Part shown: positions 1 to 9,184 of the stretch, one piece after another
How positions within the stretch are numbered: the stretch's first letter is position 1
How the letters are laid out: each line of letters begins with the position of its first letter
Origin: an uncultured delta proteobacterium
Lineage (GTDB): Bacteria > Desulfobacterota > Zymogenia > Zymogenales > Zymogenaceae
Direction: 5' to 3'
NCBI GenBank assembly: GCA_963735595.1
Contig: CAVTLK010000005.1
Span: 640,001 to 704,000 of the forward strand
Length of the DNA: 64,000 nucleotides
Translations under genes and position numbers: made by a program
Notes under the pieces: generated by a model
The model's input: the letters and a program-made list of their open reading frames with translations, nothing else
Database searches by the model: none
What the model was told of the DNA's origin: nothing

Positions 1-25
1 AGTAAAGAGTATTGAGATAGAGTAA
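1..25 (+). CDS. hypA: 3' end of hydrogenase maturation nickel metallochaperone HypA (partial)
   Basis: Frame 2 reads VKSIEIE-stop, like the HypA C-terminus (..ELxVKSIEVE), and hypB lies about 1.1 kb downstream. Only 7 codons are visible. Confidence 0.6.
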
Positions 26-72
26 TCACCGGAGTGTCAATGCAACTGTTTTGCGGCAGTGACGCTATTCTC

Positions 73-106
73 GTCATTGCGAGGAGCGAAGCGACGCGGC
101 AATCTC
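73..106 (+). repeat. GTCATTGCGAG...GCAATC palindromic intergenic repeat (half element)
   Basis: gtcattgcgaggagcgaagcgacgcggcaatctc; related copies at 7367, 9040 and 31290. Confidence 0.75.
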
Positions 107-137
107 GGACGCTGTAATTTCCGATTATCAGGTTAGA

Positions 138-290
138 ATGTACGTATTCAATGCCGTCATTACCAAGGAAGAGAAATGGTACGTCGCCCACTGTGTTGAG
201 TTGGGTGTCGTCAGCCAGGGTAAGACCATCGAGAAGGCGCAGGCGAACCTGAAGGAAGCGGTGGAACTCTATAATGAAAGTTTTGAATAG
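138..290 (+). CDS. HicB-family (UPF0150-like) antitoxin, 50 aa; not in ORF track
   Basis: Hand translation MYVFNAVITKEEKWYVAHCVELGVVSQGKTIEKAQANLKEAVELYNESFE has the typical YVAxCxELGVxSQGxTxEEAxxNLKEA motif. Confidence 0.8.
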   Translation: MYVFNAVITKEEKWYVAHCVELGVVSQGKTIEKAQANLKEAVELYNESFE

Positions 291-331
291 TAGCGCCTTC
301 TTGCTTGTGATAGGGGACTAGGGGGGGGAAA

Positions 332-1168
332 ATGGCCGTTCCAAAATATGATGATATGATGAATCCTCTTATTCAAGTTCTTCACGAACTGGGTGGTTCT
401 GCAACCATTTCCGAACTTGAAGACTCAGTAGCAATCAAGATGAACCTATCGGACAAAGATATAGACGAGATTCATAGAGGTAGCAGGACGAAGCTAAGCT
501 ATAACTTGGCATGGACGAGGACTTATCTAAAGAAATACGGGATTATTGAAAACTCAAAGAGAGGCGTCTGGTCGTTAACACCAAAGGGGAATAGGGAACA
601 GAATGTCAATGTGAAGGATGTTGTTAAAACTTACAAGGATTTAAAAGGTGAGCAAAAAATAGAAGCTAGTCTTGACGAAATCGACGCAGAGACTGAAATT
701 ACCTGGCGCGATAGACTTCTAGATATTCTAAAGGCGTTGGAGCCTTCTTCCTTTGAAAAACTATGTCAAAGAGTATTAAGAGAGTCCGGTTTTCAGAATG
801 TTGAGGTTACAGGGAGAAGCGGAGATGGAGGCATAGATGGAAAGGGTGTAATAAAGATTAGCGGACTACTCTCTTTCACCGTCTTCTTCCAATGTAAGAG
901 ATATAAGAGATCAAGTGTTTCAGCGAAAGACGTTCGAGATTTTCGTGGCGCTATGTCTGGGAGGGCAGATAAAGGACTTATTATCACTACAAGCACTTTT
1001 ACAAGGGACGCTAAGAAAGAGGCAAAAAGAGACGGAGCCGAATTAGTCGATTTAATAGACGGCGAGGAATTGGTCGAGAAACTAAAGGAGTTATCGATAG
1101 GTATAGAGATTAAGGAAAGAGTTGTAGAAGAAGTGATAATTATAAAAGAGTGGTTTGAGAACATATAA
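332..1168 (+). CDS. mrr: Mrr-family type IV restriction endonuclease (Mrr_N wHTH + Mrr_cat)
   Basis: N-terminal WTRTYLKKYGIIENSKRGVW; catalytic GRSGDGGIDG...QCKRY...VRDFRGAM...GLIITTSTF. AT-rich relative to flanks. Confidence 0.92.
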   Translation: MAVPKYDDMMNPLIQVLHELGGSATISELEDSVAIKMNLSDKDIDEIHRGSRTKLSYNLAWTRTYLKKYGIIENSKRGVWSLTPKGNREQNVNVKDVVKTYKDLKGEQKIEASLDEIDAETEITWRDRLLDILKALEPSSFEKLCQRVLRESGFQNVEVTGRSGDGGIDGKGVIKISGLLSFTVFFQCKRYKRSSVSAKDVRDFRGAMSGRADKGLIITTSTFTRDAKKEAKRDGAELVDLIDGEELVEKLKELSIGIEIKERVVEEVIIIKEWFENI

Positions 1169-1178
1169 GGAGGCCCCC

Positions 1179-1847
1179 ATGGCCGTAAAGCTCGTTACCA
1201 TCAAGGAAGACATCCTCAAGGACAACAAGGAGATGAGCGCCCTGCTGAAGGAGCGCTTCAAAAAGTCAAAGACCCTTGTCGTCAACCTCATGTCGTCGCC
1301 GGGGGCCGGCAAGACCTCCACCATCCTCAAGACCATCGAGAAGCTCGCGCCCGGGGTCAAGTCCGCGGTCATCGAGGGGGACATCACGTCCACCGTCGAT
1401 GCCGACAAGATGGACGCCCGCGGCATCCCGGTCGTCCAGATCAACACCGGCGGGGCCTGCCATATAGACTCGGCGATGGTGGCCGAGGCGGTGGCCGATT
1501 TCGACACGACGGGGATAGACCTCATGGTCGTCGAGAACGTCGGCAACCTCGTCTGCCCGGCAGAGTTTGAGGTTGGCGAGGACGTGCGGGTCATGATCCT
1601 CTCGGTGCCGGAGGGGCACGACAAGCCGCAGAAGTACCCGCTCATGTTCATCGAGACGCAGGCCTGCATCCTCAACAAAATAGACCTGCTGCCCCATACC
1701 GATTTCGACATGGATGCCTTCAGGAAGACCGTCATGTCGCTAAACCCGAAGACCACGATCTTCCCGGTCTCGATGAAGACCGGCGAGGGCCTGGACGCAT
1801 GGGTCGGTTGGCTCGCGGACAAGATAAACAAGAAAAAGAACGCGTAG
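1179..1847 (+). CDS. hypB: Hydrogenase nickel incorporation GTPase HypB
   Basis: SSPGAGKT, EGD, TGGACH, ENVGNLVCPAEF and NKIDL motifs; TAAGGAGG RBS before ATG 1179. Confidence 0.95.
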   Translation: MAVKLVTIKEDILKDNKEMSALLKERFKKSKTLVVNLMSSPGAGKTSTILKTIEKLAPGVKSAVIEGDITSTVDADKMDARGIPVVQINTGGACHIDSAMVAEAVADFDTTGIDLMVVENVGNLVCPAEFEVGEDVRVMILSVPEGHDKPQKYPLMFIETQACILNKIDLLPHTDFDMDAFRKTVMSLNPKTTIFPVSMKTGEGLDAWVGWLADKINKKKNA

Positions 1848-1933
1848 ACCTTCCTGCCCCACGTCCCGTCACATAGGATCGGGGCGGGGGCGTTTTTATT
1901 CGCAACGTCTGGCCGAAAGGAAATGACCCACCC

Positions 1934-3430
1934 ATGGACGCTCACTCACGCGCTCAACTGGACCGTATCCTCCATCCCCGGTCGTTAGCCCTCGTCGGGG
2001 TCTCGGGTACCCCCGGCAAGTTCGGATGGTTATACCTCACATCGCTGATTCACATCGGCTTTTCCGGCAACCTCTACCCCATCAACAAGAACGCCGATGA
2101 AATCCTCGGCTACAAGACCTATCCCTCGCTCGCGGCCCTGCCGGAGGTCCCGGACGCGGTTATTTTCACGATCCCTGCCCGCCACGTCCCGGAGGCCCTC
2201 GAGGAGGCCCTGGCGGCGGGCATCCCGGGGGCAGTGGTGATAACGGCGGGATTTTCCGAAGACACCGACGAGGGGAAACTGCTTGAGGCCCGGGTCAGGG
2301 AGATCGCGCGGCGTGGCATCCGGGTAATCGGGCCGAACTGCTTCGGCGTCTATTCTCCGAAGGCCGGGATCACCGTCCTGCCGGGTTCGGGGTTCTCCCG
2401 GGAATCGGGCCCGGTCGGTTTTTTTGCCCAGAGCGGGGGGCTCACCGCAGACCTGGGGCAGATAGCCATCGGCCGCGGCGTGAGGTTTTCGGCGATGGTC
2501 AGCTACGGCAACGCCGCCGACGTCAACGAGCTGGACATGCTGGACTATTTCGCCCACGACCCGAACACGTCGATCATCGCAGCCTATCTCGAGGGGGTCT
2601 CCGACGGCGCCCGGTTCCTGCGGCTTCTGGCCGAGGTCACGCGGAAGAAGCCGGTAATCATCTGGAAGGGCGGCACATCGGCCACCGGCGCCCGGATGGT
2701 CATGAGCCACACCGGGTCGATGGGAGGCCAGGCCGCGATATGGGAGGCCGTCTTCGGGCAGACCGGCGCGGTGAAGGTACGGGGGCTCAATGATCTGATC
2801 GATACGCTGGCGGCCTTCAACTCGATTTATCCCCGGGCCGGCAGGCGCATCGCCGTGATGGGGGGCGGCGGGGCGCTGGGGGTGGAGGCCTCCGACCTGG
2901 TGGATGACCTCGGCCTTGTCGTGCCGGTCTTCGAGAAGCAGGTCCAGGACGAGATCAACAAACGCCTGCCCGAGTTCGGCAAGAGCGCCAGGAACCCCGT
3001 CGATACGGGAAATCCCCTCATCCCGGCCGACCCACTCATCGAGATCATGCAGATCATCGCCGCGCGGGACGCTATCGACGCAATCTTCGTGGTGCAGCTC
3101 CTGTTTCATTCGCAGGTCCTCATGCGCCGGGTCGCCGGTCAGACCGGGTCGTCCCTGTCGCTGTTTGCCCATTACCCGAGGCTCGCCGAGGGCGCCGGCG
3201 AGATATCGAAGGCCTCGGGCAAGCCCATCATCGCCGTGCTGCCCCGGACTTCGATCTCAACGAGCGACGAGGACCTGGAGCTCGAAGCGGAGCTCCGCCG
3301 GGCTGAGGCCGCCTTCCAGGCGGCCGGGTGCGTCGTCTTCCCGACGATCGATCGGGCGCTCCGGGCCTTGGCGCGCGTGGTGAGATATCAGGAGTATCGG
3401 GGGCTTCGGGGGGTGCGGCCGGCCGACTGA
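1934..3430 (+). CDS. ADP-forming acyl-CoA synthetase alpha-like (CoA-binding) protein
   Basis: HPRSLALVGVS, GPNCFG, QSGG, SYGNAAD, WKGG..SHTGS (phospho-His motif), NPVD. Confidence 0.85.
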   Translation: MDAHSRAQLDRILHPRSLALVGVSGTPGKFGWLYLTSLIHIGFSGNLYPINKNADEILGYKTYPSLAALPEVPDAVIFTIPARHVPEALEEALAAGIPGAVVITAGFSEDTDEGKLLEARVREIARRGIRVIGPNCFGVYSPKAGITVLPGSGFSRESGPVGFFAQSGGLTADLGQIAIGRGVRFSAMVSYGNAADVNELDMLDYFAHDPNTSIIAAYLEGVSDGARFLRLLAEVTRKKPVIIWKGGTSATGARMVMSHTGSMGGQAAIWEAVFGQTGAVKVRGLNDLIDTLAAFNSIYPRAGRRIAVMGGGGALGVEASDLVDDLGLVVPVFEKQVQDEINKRLPEFGKSARNPVDTGNPLIPADPLIEIMQIIAARDAIDAIFVVQLLFHSQVLMRRVAGQTGSSLSLFAHYPRLAEGAGEISKASGKPIIAVLPRTSISTSDEDLELEAELRRAEAAFQAAGCVVFPTIDRALRALARVVRYQEYRGLRGVRPAD

Positions 3431-3547
3431 GCGGGCGGTGCGCCGTTCCCGTGGGGGGGGTGAGAAGGGGCATCGTTTACACAGGGTTCTTTATCGTCCC
3501 CCGTGTACGTGGTAACAGTCTATCGTGAGCCAGGTTTCGGCGGCGGT

Positions 3548-4180
3548 CTATTCCTCGGACTGCCTGATCAGCGCCTTTAAGGAAAGCTCCACCGGGCGCT
3601 TTTCATTCGAGCCGAGGTCGCCGTCGATGGGGCGTATCCCCAGCTGAAGCGAATCGCCCTGGACCTTGACGATATCGTACTCGATGGGGTAATCGGTGAT
3701 GGGTCGAAACGAGAGGCACCCCGTCTTGCTCACGTCCTGGGGCATTCCCAGCCCCCACACACCGTCCCCGCATTTTGACTTCATGAAGATATCGATAAAG
3801 GCCAGCGAATCGGGTTCCATGGTTATCTGGGCAAACGTGAAGTCGATATCGGTCGCACCTTCCACGACCTCGGATTCCCCGACCAGCTCGTAGGTGCCGT
3901 CCACGATGGCGGTGTAGAACTTGATATCCGAGAGAGGGTCGCCGTAGACGGACGTTACCGCCCGGAAGGCGTCGTCGGTAAAGGTATAGTCGCGGATGAT
4001 GTAATAGACGCTGTCGTCGGGATTCGTCGTGTATTCGCGCTCGGGGCTTACCCAGCGGCCGACCATCATCCGGTTGACCTTGCCTGTCTTGCCGCACCCC
4101 GAGATGAGCAGAGGGGCAACAAGGGTGATGATCGCGAGAATTATCCCAACACCGATTCCGATTCGTCGCATTACCGTCAT
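3548..4180 (-). CDS. Lipoprotein with APCDD1-like domain
   Basis: Lipobox LISGC; motifs GRWVS, RDYTF, YGDP, GAT, CGxGxW..QDVSKTGC, EYDIVK, LGxRPxDG, EKRP resemble the APCDD1 repeat as recalled. Confidence 0.65.
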   Translation of the reverse strand: MTVMRRIGIGVGIILAIITLVAPLLISGCGKTGKVNRMMVGRWVSPEREYTTNPDDSVYYIIRDYTFTDDAFRAVTSVYGDPLSDIKFYTAIVDGTYELVGESEVVEGATDIDFTFAQITMEPDSLAFIDIFMKSKCGDGVWGLGMPQDVSKTGCLSFRPITDYPIEYDIVKVQGDSLQLGIRPIDGDLGSNEKRPVELSLKALIRQSEE

Positions 4181-4417
4181 CCTCCATACAGATACGATAA
4201 AGACGCCAGTTCGGGCCGCCGGCCTTCCGATGCCGGGCGCCTATCTTTTTACATATACCAAAGGCGGGCCGTTGTCAATTTAATTCATCGAGAATTCATC
4301 GGCTGCGGGAACCGGGTGCCGCCTCTTATCGGGAAGGGCGCGGCGTCCGGGACGATAAATATTGTACACCGCCGGCGGTTTCTGCTACAATGGCTCTCGG
4401 CAATCAAGGAGATCCGT

Positions 4418-5242
4418 ATGTCACGACGTCCGAACTGGTGGCTGTCCGTCCTGGCCAAGATCTGGCCGCTGACATGGATCTCGGCCCGGGCAACCCGGTG
4501 GCCGGTAGTGGGGAGGCTCGTCGCCGCGACGGCGCTGCCCCTCTTCTCAAAGAAAAACCTCGCCATATCCTACATCCCGATCAACCAGGACCTCCAGGGG
4601 GTGCCCAGCTCCTATCTCCCGCGCGAGATCGTCCGGGAGCTGATAGAGCGGTCTTCCCACCGGGCGATCATCGAGCGCTGCACCTGCCGGGACGCCCGCG
4701 ACTGCGCCGAGCATCCAGCCACGCTGGGCTGTACGCTATTGGGCGAGGGGGCAAAAGAGATAGACCCGCGTATCGCCCGGCATGTCTCCGTGGCCGACGC
4801 GCTTGCCCACCTCGACCGGACGCTCGAAGACGGCCTCATCCCCATGGTGGGCCGTGTCAAGCTCGACAACTTCATCTGGGGCGTCCGGGACCGGGGGAAG
4901 CTCCTGACGATCTGCCACTGCTGCCGCTGCTGCTGCACGATCTTTGCCTCCGGCAAGTACCTTCCCGAACAGGCACAACAATCGCTCATCGCGCTTCCCG
5001 GGGTCTCGTTTACCACCGACGCGAAGCGCTGCACGCTGTGCGGCGATTGCGTCCGGGACTGCTTTATGGGGGCGCTCTCGATTTCCGACGGGATTATCGT
5101 GCGGGATGCCGCACTCTGTAAGGCGTGCGGCAGGTGCGCGGCGGTCTGCCCGACGGGGGCCACGGAGGGGACGGTCACCGACCGGGAGGCGGCGGTCAGG
5201 AGCATAACCGAACGGCTTGCCGGCGTCGTGGATTTCGAGTAG
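4418..5242 (+). CDS. Cys-rich 4Fe-4S protein (CxCR...GC / ICxCCxCCC core + 2x[4Fe-4S] ferredoxin domain)
   Basis: CTCRDARDC, ICHCCRCCC, CTLCGDCVRDCF, CKACGRCAAVCP; AAGGAG RBS before ATG 4418. Confidence 0.85.
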   Translation: MSRRPNWWLSVLAKIWPLTWISARATRWPVVGRLVAATALPLFSKKNLAISYIPINQDLQGVPSSYLPREIVRELIERSSHRAIIERCTCRDARDCAEHPATLGCTLLGEGAKEIDPRIARHVSVADALAHLDRTLEDGLIPMVGRVKLDNFIWGVRDRGKLLTICHCCRCCCTIFASGKYLPEQAQQSLIALPGVSFTTDAKRCTLCGDCVRDCFMGALSISDGIIVRDAALCKACGRCAAVCPTGATEGTVTDREAAVRSITERLAGVVDFE

Positions 5243-5362
5243 CCCCCTTTCCCGACCACCCGATCCCTCCGGCCGCCGGTTTCCGAGCAGGGGAGGCTCG
5301 ATCGGGGCACAGGGAAATGCCAGGAGTCACCAGGAGGTACCAGGAGGTACTAGGGAGGAAAT

Positions 5363-6196
5363 ATGTCGGCTCTTTTCAAGTACGGACCGAACAGGAGGAT
5401 GGTCAAGCTCTCGGTCGCGCTGAGCTGGCCCCTCATGCAGGCGGCAAAACGGCTCAGCAATGTCCCTCTCCTTAAATGGATCATCAATCCGGTCTTCGCT
5501 TATCCCCACAACGAGATCACCGCGATCCCGATCAACGCCGAGATCGCGATGCCCGACAGCGTCGCGCTGCCCTCCCGCATCATCGAGGAGGTCCTGAAAC
5601 GCTCGTCGGATATCTTCGTGCTGGACGAGTGCATATGCCGCGGCCTGCTTGAGTGCACGAACCACCCGAAAGATATCGGCTGCATAGCCCTGGGGCCCGC
5701 CACGCGGCGGATGCACCCGTCCCACGGGCGCTTTGTCACGGTCGATCAGGGGATGGCCCACGTCAGGCGGGCGGGCAAGGCGGGGCTTGTCGCCAGCGTC
5801 GCCCATGTCTGGATTGACCCCGTGGCCTTCTGGACGGTGCCCTTTTCCCGGCTCATGTTCATCTGTTTTTGCGACGACTGCTGCTGCCTCTACCGCACCC
5901 ACATGAAACACCGGGGGCCGAACCTTGACCGCGCTTATAAACGGCTGCCGGGGATATCGGTGTCCGTCGACCGGGACACGTGCGACGGGTGCGGGATCTG
6001 CGCCGAGCGCTGCTTTATCGGGGAGATGCAGGTTATCGGCGGTACCGCGGTGGTGCCGGAAAGCTGCAAGGGGTGCGGCCGCTGCGTCGAGGTCTGCCCG
6101 AGGGGGGCGCTGCGTCTCGAGATGGACGATATGGAAAGGCTCGTATCCCGGATGATGGACCGGATCGGGGCGGTTGCCGATATCGGGAGGGGATGA
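5363..6196 (+). CDS. Paralogous Cys-rich 4Fe-4S protein
   Basis: CICRGLLEC, ICFCDDCCC, CDGCGICAERCF, CKGCGRCVEVCP. Confidence 0.85.
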   Translation: MSALFKYGPNRRMVKLSVALSWPLMQAAKRLSNVPLLKWIINPVFAYPHNEITAIPINAEIAMPDSVALPSRIIEEVLKRSSDIFVLDECICRGLLECTNHPKDIGCIALGPATRRMHPSHGRFVTVDQGMAHVRRAGKAGLVASVAHVWIDPVAFWTVPFSRLMFICFCDDCCCLYRTHMKHRGPNLDRAYKRLPGISVSVDRDTCDGCGICAERCFIGEMQVIGGTAVVPESCKGCGRCVEVCPRGALRLEMDDMERLVSRMMDRIGAVADIGRG

Positions 6197-6203
6197 TACG
6201 GTA

Positions 6204-7304
6204 ATGGGCGGGCCTCTGGCGACATTGGTACAGGATGGGCGGCCGATAATCGGGTGTCTGCCGCTGTACCCCCCCGAGGAGCTGATCCATTCGTTCGGGG
6301 CCGTACCGGTCGTGCTGTGGGGATTCAAGGACGTGATCCGGCGGACCCCCGAGGCCGACGGCCACATCCAGAACTACGTCTGCTCGATCGTGAGAAACGT
6401 CACCGAGTTTCTCCTTACCGAGGATTCCGCCTCGCTCGCCGGGCTCCTGTTCTACAACGCGTGCGATCCGATCAGGAACCTCCCCGAGATCATCGCCGAC
6501 GGCCGAAAGCTAAGGCGGATGGGGACGCCGGCCGTCTTCAGCATCCACGTCCCGGTGCAGGCGCTCGGGCGCGACTACGGCGGGGCGTACCTGGCCGCCG
6601 AGATCCGGGACCTCGTCGGATCGCTCGAGGATTTCTTCAAGGCGGATTTTTCACCCGGCCGGTTTATCGAGAGCGTCTCCCGGTACGACGAGATGCGGCG
6701 GTTCTCCCGCCAGATCGACGGGCTTACGGCCCGGGACACCGCCTCGTTTTCCGAGTTCTCGGCGCTCATGATGGGAAACACCCGGCTCGGGGTGGAGGAG
6801 CGCATCGCCCGGCTCTCGGCCTTCTGCAAACGTCATGCTGACAATGCCGCACCGAAGCAGGGCCGTATCACAAAACGGGTAGTTCTTACCGGGATCCACC
6901 CCCCGTCCCCTGAGGTGATATCGATGATCGAGGCCGCGGGCATGACGGTCGTCGGAAACGATATCGCGGCGCTGTCGCGCTCCTACGGGGCCGGCCCGGG
7001 GCCGACCGGGGACCCGGCCGACTATTACGTCCGTTTCTACCGCGACCACTACCCCTGTACGACGCTTATCGGGTCTTCGGACGCACGGGTGGATCGGCTC
7101 CTCGGGCTTGTCGATGAACGGGAGGCGGGGGGCCTCATCGTTATCGGCGAGAAGTTCTGCGAATACGAATATTTCGAGATACCGAACGTAACGCGGCGTC
7201 TCGGGGAGCGTGGGATAAAGACGCTTGTCCTGGAGGTATCGGCCGAGGACAAAAACCTGGGGCCGATAAAGACCAGGGTCGAGGCATTCGGGGAGATGCT
7301 GTGA
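6204..7304 (+). CDS. 2-hydroxyacyl-CoA dehydratase family subunit (HgdB/FldC/BcrC-like)
   Basis: YPPEELIHSFG, YVCS, NACD, KFCE and TRVEAFGEML motifs. Confidence 0.85.
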   Translation: MGGPLATLVQDGRPIIGCLPLYPPEELIHSFGAVPVVLWGFKDVIRRTPEADGHIQNYVCSIVRNVTEFLLTEDSASLAGLLFYNACDPIRNLPEIIADGRKLRRMGTPAVFSIHVPVQALGRDYGGAYLAAEIRDLVGSLEDFFKADFSPGRFIESVSRYDEMRRFSRQIDGLTARDTASFSEFSALMMGNTRLGVEERIARLSAFCKRHADNAAPKQGRITKRVVLTGIHPPSPEVISMIEAAGMTVVGNDIAALSRSYGAGPGPTGDPADYYVRFYRDHYPCTTLIGSSDARVDRLLGLVDEREAGGLIVIGEKFCEYEYFEIPNVTRRLGERGIKTLVLEVSAEDKNLGPIKTRVEAFGEML

Positions 7305-7366
7305 TACCCGTAAACGTCACGTTCTTCCGGTAGGCCGTCAGAGGGCTCGGGAAGAAGTACGCCACC

Positions 7367-7416
7367 GTCATTGCGAGGCCCCTTTAGGGGCCGTGGCAAT
7401 CCCCCGACTGTCACCG
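7367..7416 (+). repeat. GTCATTGCGAG-family palindromic repeat
   Basis: gtcattgcgaggcccctttaggggccgtggcaatcccccgactgtcaccg. Confidence 0.7.
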
Positions 7417-7481
7417 GTGACCGTGAAAACCGGCGGGGTCATAACTCTAACGGTTGGAATTAGCAACGAAAGGGGAATCCC

Positions 7482-8726
7482 ATGACCGCACCGAAGCGTT
7501 TTGTCGAGTCCAAGGCGCACCTCACGAAGATAATGACCGATTACTTCCTCGGCAACCACACACGGGCCGCCGAAGGGATACCGGTGGTCTGGATAGCGGT
7601 CAACGCCCCCATCGAGATACTGAAGGGGTTTGACCTGGTGGTGATTGCCCCGGAAAACCATTCGGCGGTCTGTGCCGCCCGGGGCATCGGCGGGGCGCTT
7701 TCCGAAGAGGCAGAGGGCATGGGGTTTTCAATGGATCTGTGTTCGTATGCCCGCATCGACATCGGCAGCTTCTTCGGCACGGCCGACAGCGGCGGCATGG
7801 GGCTGCCGAGGCCCTCCCTGCTGGTCTCGGACAACAACAACTGCACGCTGCTGGTCAAGTGGTTTGACGTCTACCGGCGGGAGCTGGGCGTCCCCCACTT
7901 CGTGATGGACGTCCCCTTCTGCTACGGGCCGCAGCAGGCCAGAGACGTGGATTACATGGTGCGCCAGTTCTCCGATCTCATCGACCTGATCTCCCGCCTC
8001 ACGGGCCAGCACTTCGACATCGAAAAGACGAGGCAGGCACTCGCCTTCACCGACGAGGCCAACCGGCAGTGGAAGCGCTTTTACGACCTGGCCAAGACGA
8101 GGCCGTCGGCCATTACGGCCTTTGACACATTCGTCCACATGGCGCCCTACGTCGTCTACCGGGGCACCAGGACCCTCGTGGACCACTTCACGATGCTGGC
8201 CGACGAGGCCGAGCGGCAGCTCTCCGACGGGATCTATCCCGTCCCGGACGAGAAATACCGCCTCCTCTGGGACAACATCGCCCCCTGGCACCAGCTCCGG
8301 GCGATGTCCACGAGGCTCAAAGACCTCTCGGCAAATATAGTGTATGCCACCTATACCTCCTGCATCGGGTCGGCCGAAGGGCAGATCGACGCGATCGAGC
8401 TTATCGACCCCGATCCCCTCAGGAACGTCGCGCGGATGCAGAACTTCACGATCTGTTCCTACGGGCTGGACCTCCGGTTCCAGGCGATGGCGCGGCTGAT
8501 TGAGCGCTATCGCATCGACGGGGTCGTCTTTTCGTCCAACCGCAGCTGCAAGGTTTACTCGGTCATGCAGATGGACCTGATGCGGCGGGTCAAGGACGCC
8601 TTCGGCATCCCCACGGTGATGGTGGACGTGGACCATGCCGACGTGCGCAAGTACAGCGAGGAGACCTTCTTCGTGAGGCTTGAAGCGCTGCTGGAGGAGA
8701 TTGGGGCGCACAACCGGGCGCACTGA
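7482..8726 (+). CDS. 2-hydroxyacyl-CoA dehydratase family subunit (HgdA/FldB/BcrB-like)
   Basis: PENHSA, DLCSYARID, NNNC..KWF, YRLLWDNIAPW, NRSCK, DHAD, RLEALLE. Confidence 0.88.
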   Translation: MTAPKRFVESKAHLTKIMTDYFLGNHTRAAEGIPVVWIAVNAPIEILKGFDLVVIAPENHSAVCAARGIGGALSEEAEGMGFSMDLCSYARIDIGSFFGTADSGGMGLPRPSLLVSDNNNCTLLVKWFDVYRRELGVPHFVMDVPFCYGPQQARDVDYMVRQFSDLIDLISRLTGQHFDIEKTRQALAFTDEANRQWKRFYDLAKTRPSAITAFDTFVHMAPYVVYRGTRTLVDHFTMLADEAERQLSDGIYPVPDEKYRLLWDNIAPWHQLRAMSTRLKDLSANIVYATYTSCIGSAEGQIDAIELIDPDPLRNVARMQNFTICSYGLDLRFQAMARLIERYRIDGVVFSSNRSCKVYSVMQMDLMRRVKDAFGIPTVMVDVDHADVRKYSEETFFVRLEALLEEIGAHNRAH

Positions 8727-8753
8727 CGCGGAGGTGATCCCCGCAAAAAAAGA

Positions 8754-8783
8754 TTGACAGCGGTACCGGGGATATGCAAGAAT
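8754..8783 (+). promoter_or_regulatory. Putative sigma70 promoter upstream of the aroF-pheA leader
   Basis: TTGACA-18 nt-AAGAAT. Confidence 0.5.
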
Positions 8784-9039
8784 AGCGGCACTATATGGAC
8801 CGAAAACGGAGCACCCAACCCAATGGGGTTTGCCTGAGCACATCCGAATATGATTGTACCAACCGGCCACGGACCGTCATAGTATCCGCTGGCTTTTTTA
8901 CGTTTATACCGCGGGCAGGCGTTTGCTTGTCCGCGGTAGTCATATAAAACCTCTCCGTAACAATTCACTTTCTTTATTCTATCCACTGACAAACCCCTAT
9001 GCAGGGTGAAGCGGGATTTTTAATGCTTTCCTTATGTAC

Positions 9040-9136
9040 GTCATTGCGAGGGAGCTTTAGCGACCGAAGCAATCCCCTGACTGTCACCGATATTGAGGGG
9101 ATTGCCACGCCGCCCTCATGGGCGGCTCGCAATGAC
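9040..9136. repeat. Complete GTCATTGCGAG...CTCGCAATGAC palindromic element
   Basis: Terminal inverted repeats gtcattgcgag/ctcgcaatgac with internal gcaatcccct/aggggattgc arms. Confidence 0.8.
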
Positions 9137-9184
9137 ACTCATGCATGAGTTAGGCTAAATGCATTTATTCAGGGAGGACATCCA

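Noticed and set aside
138..290. Complete HicAB toxin-antitoxin module
   Set aside because: No hicA ORF is found on either side; only 41 nt separate hicB from mrr.
8990..9030. T-box element before aroF-pheA
   Set aside because: agggtgaagcggga does not match the GGTGGNACCGCG T-box core, and no terminator follows.
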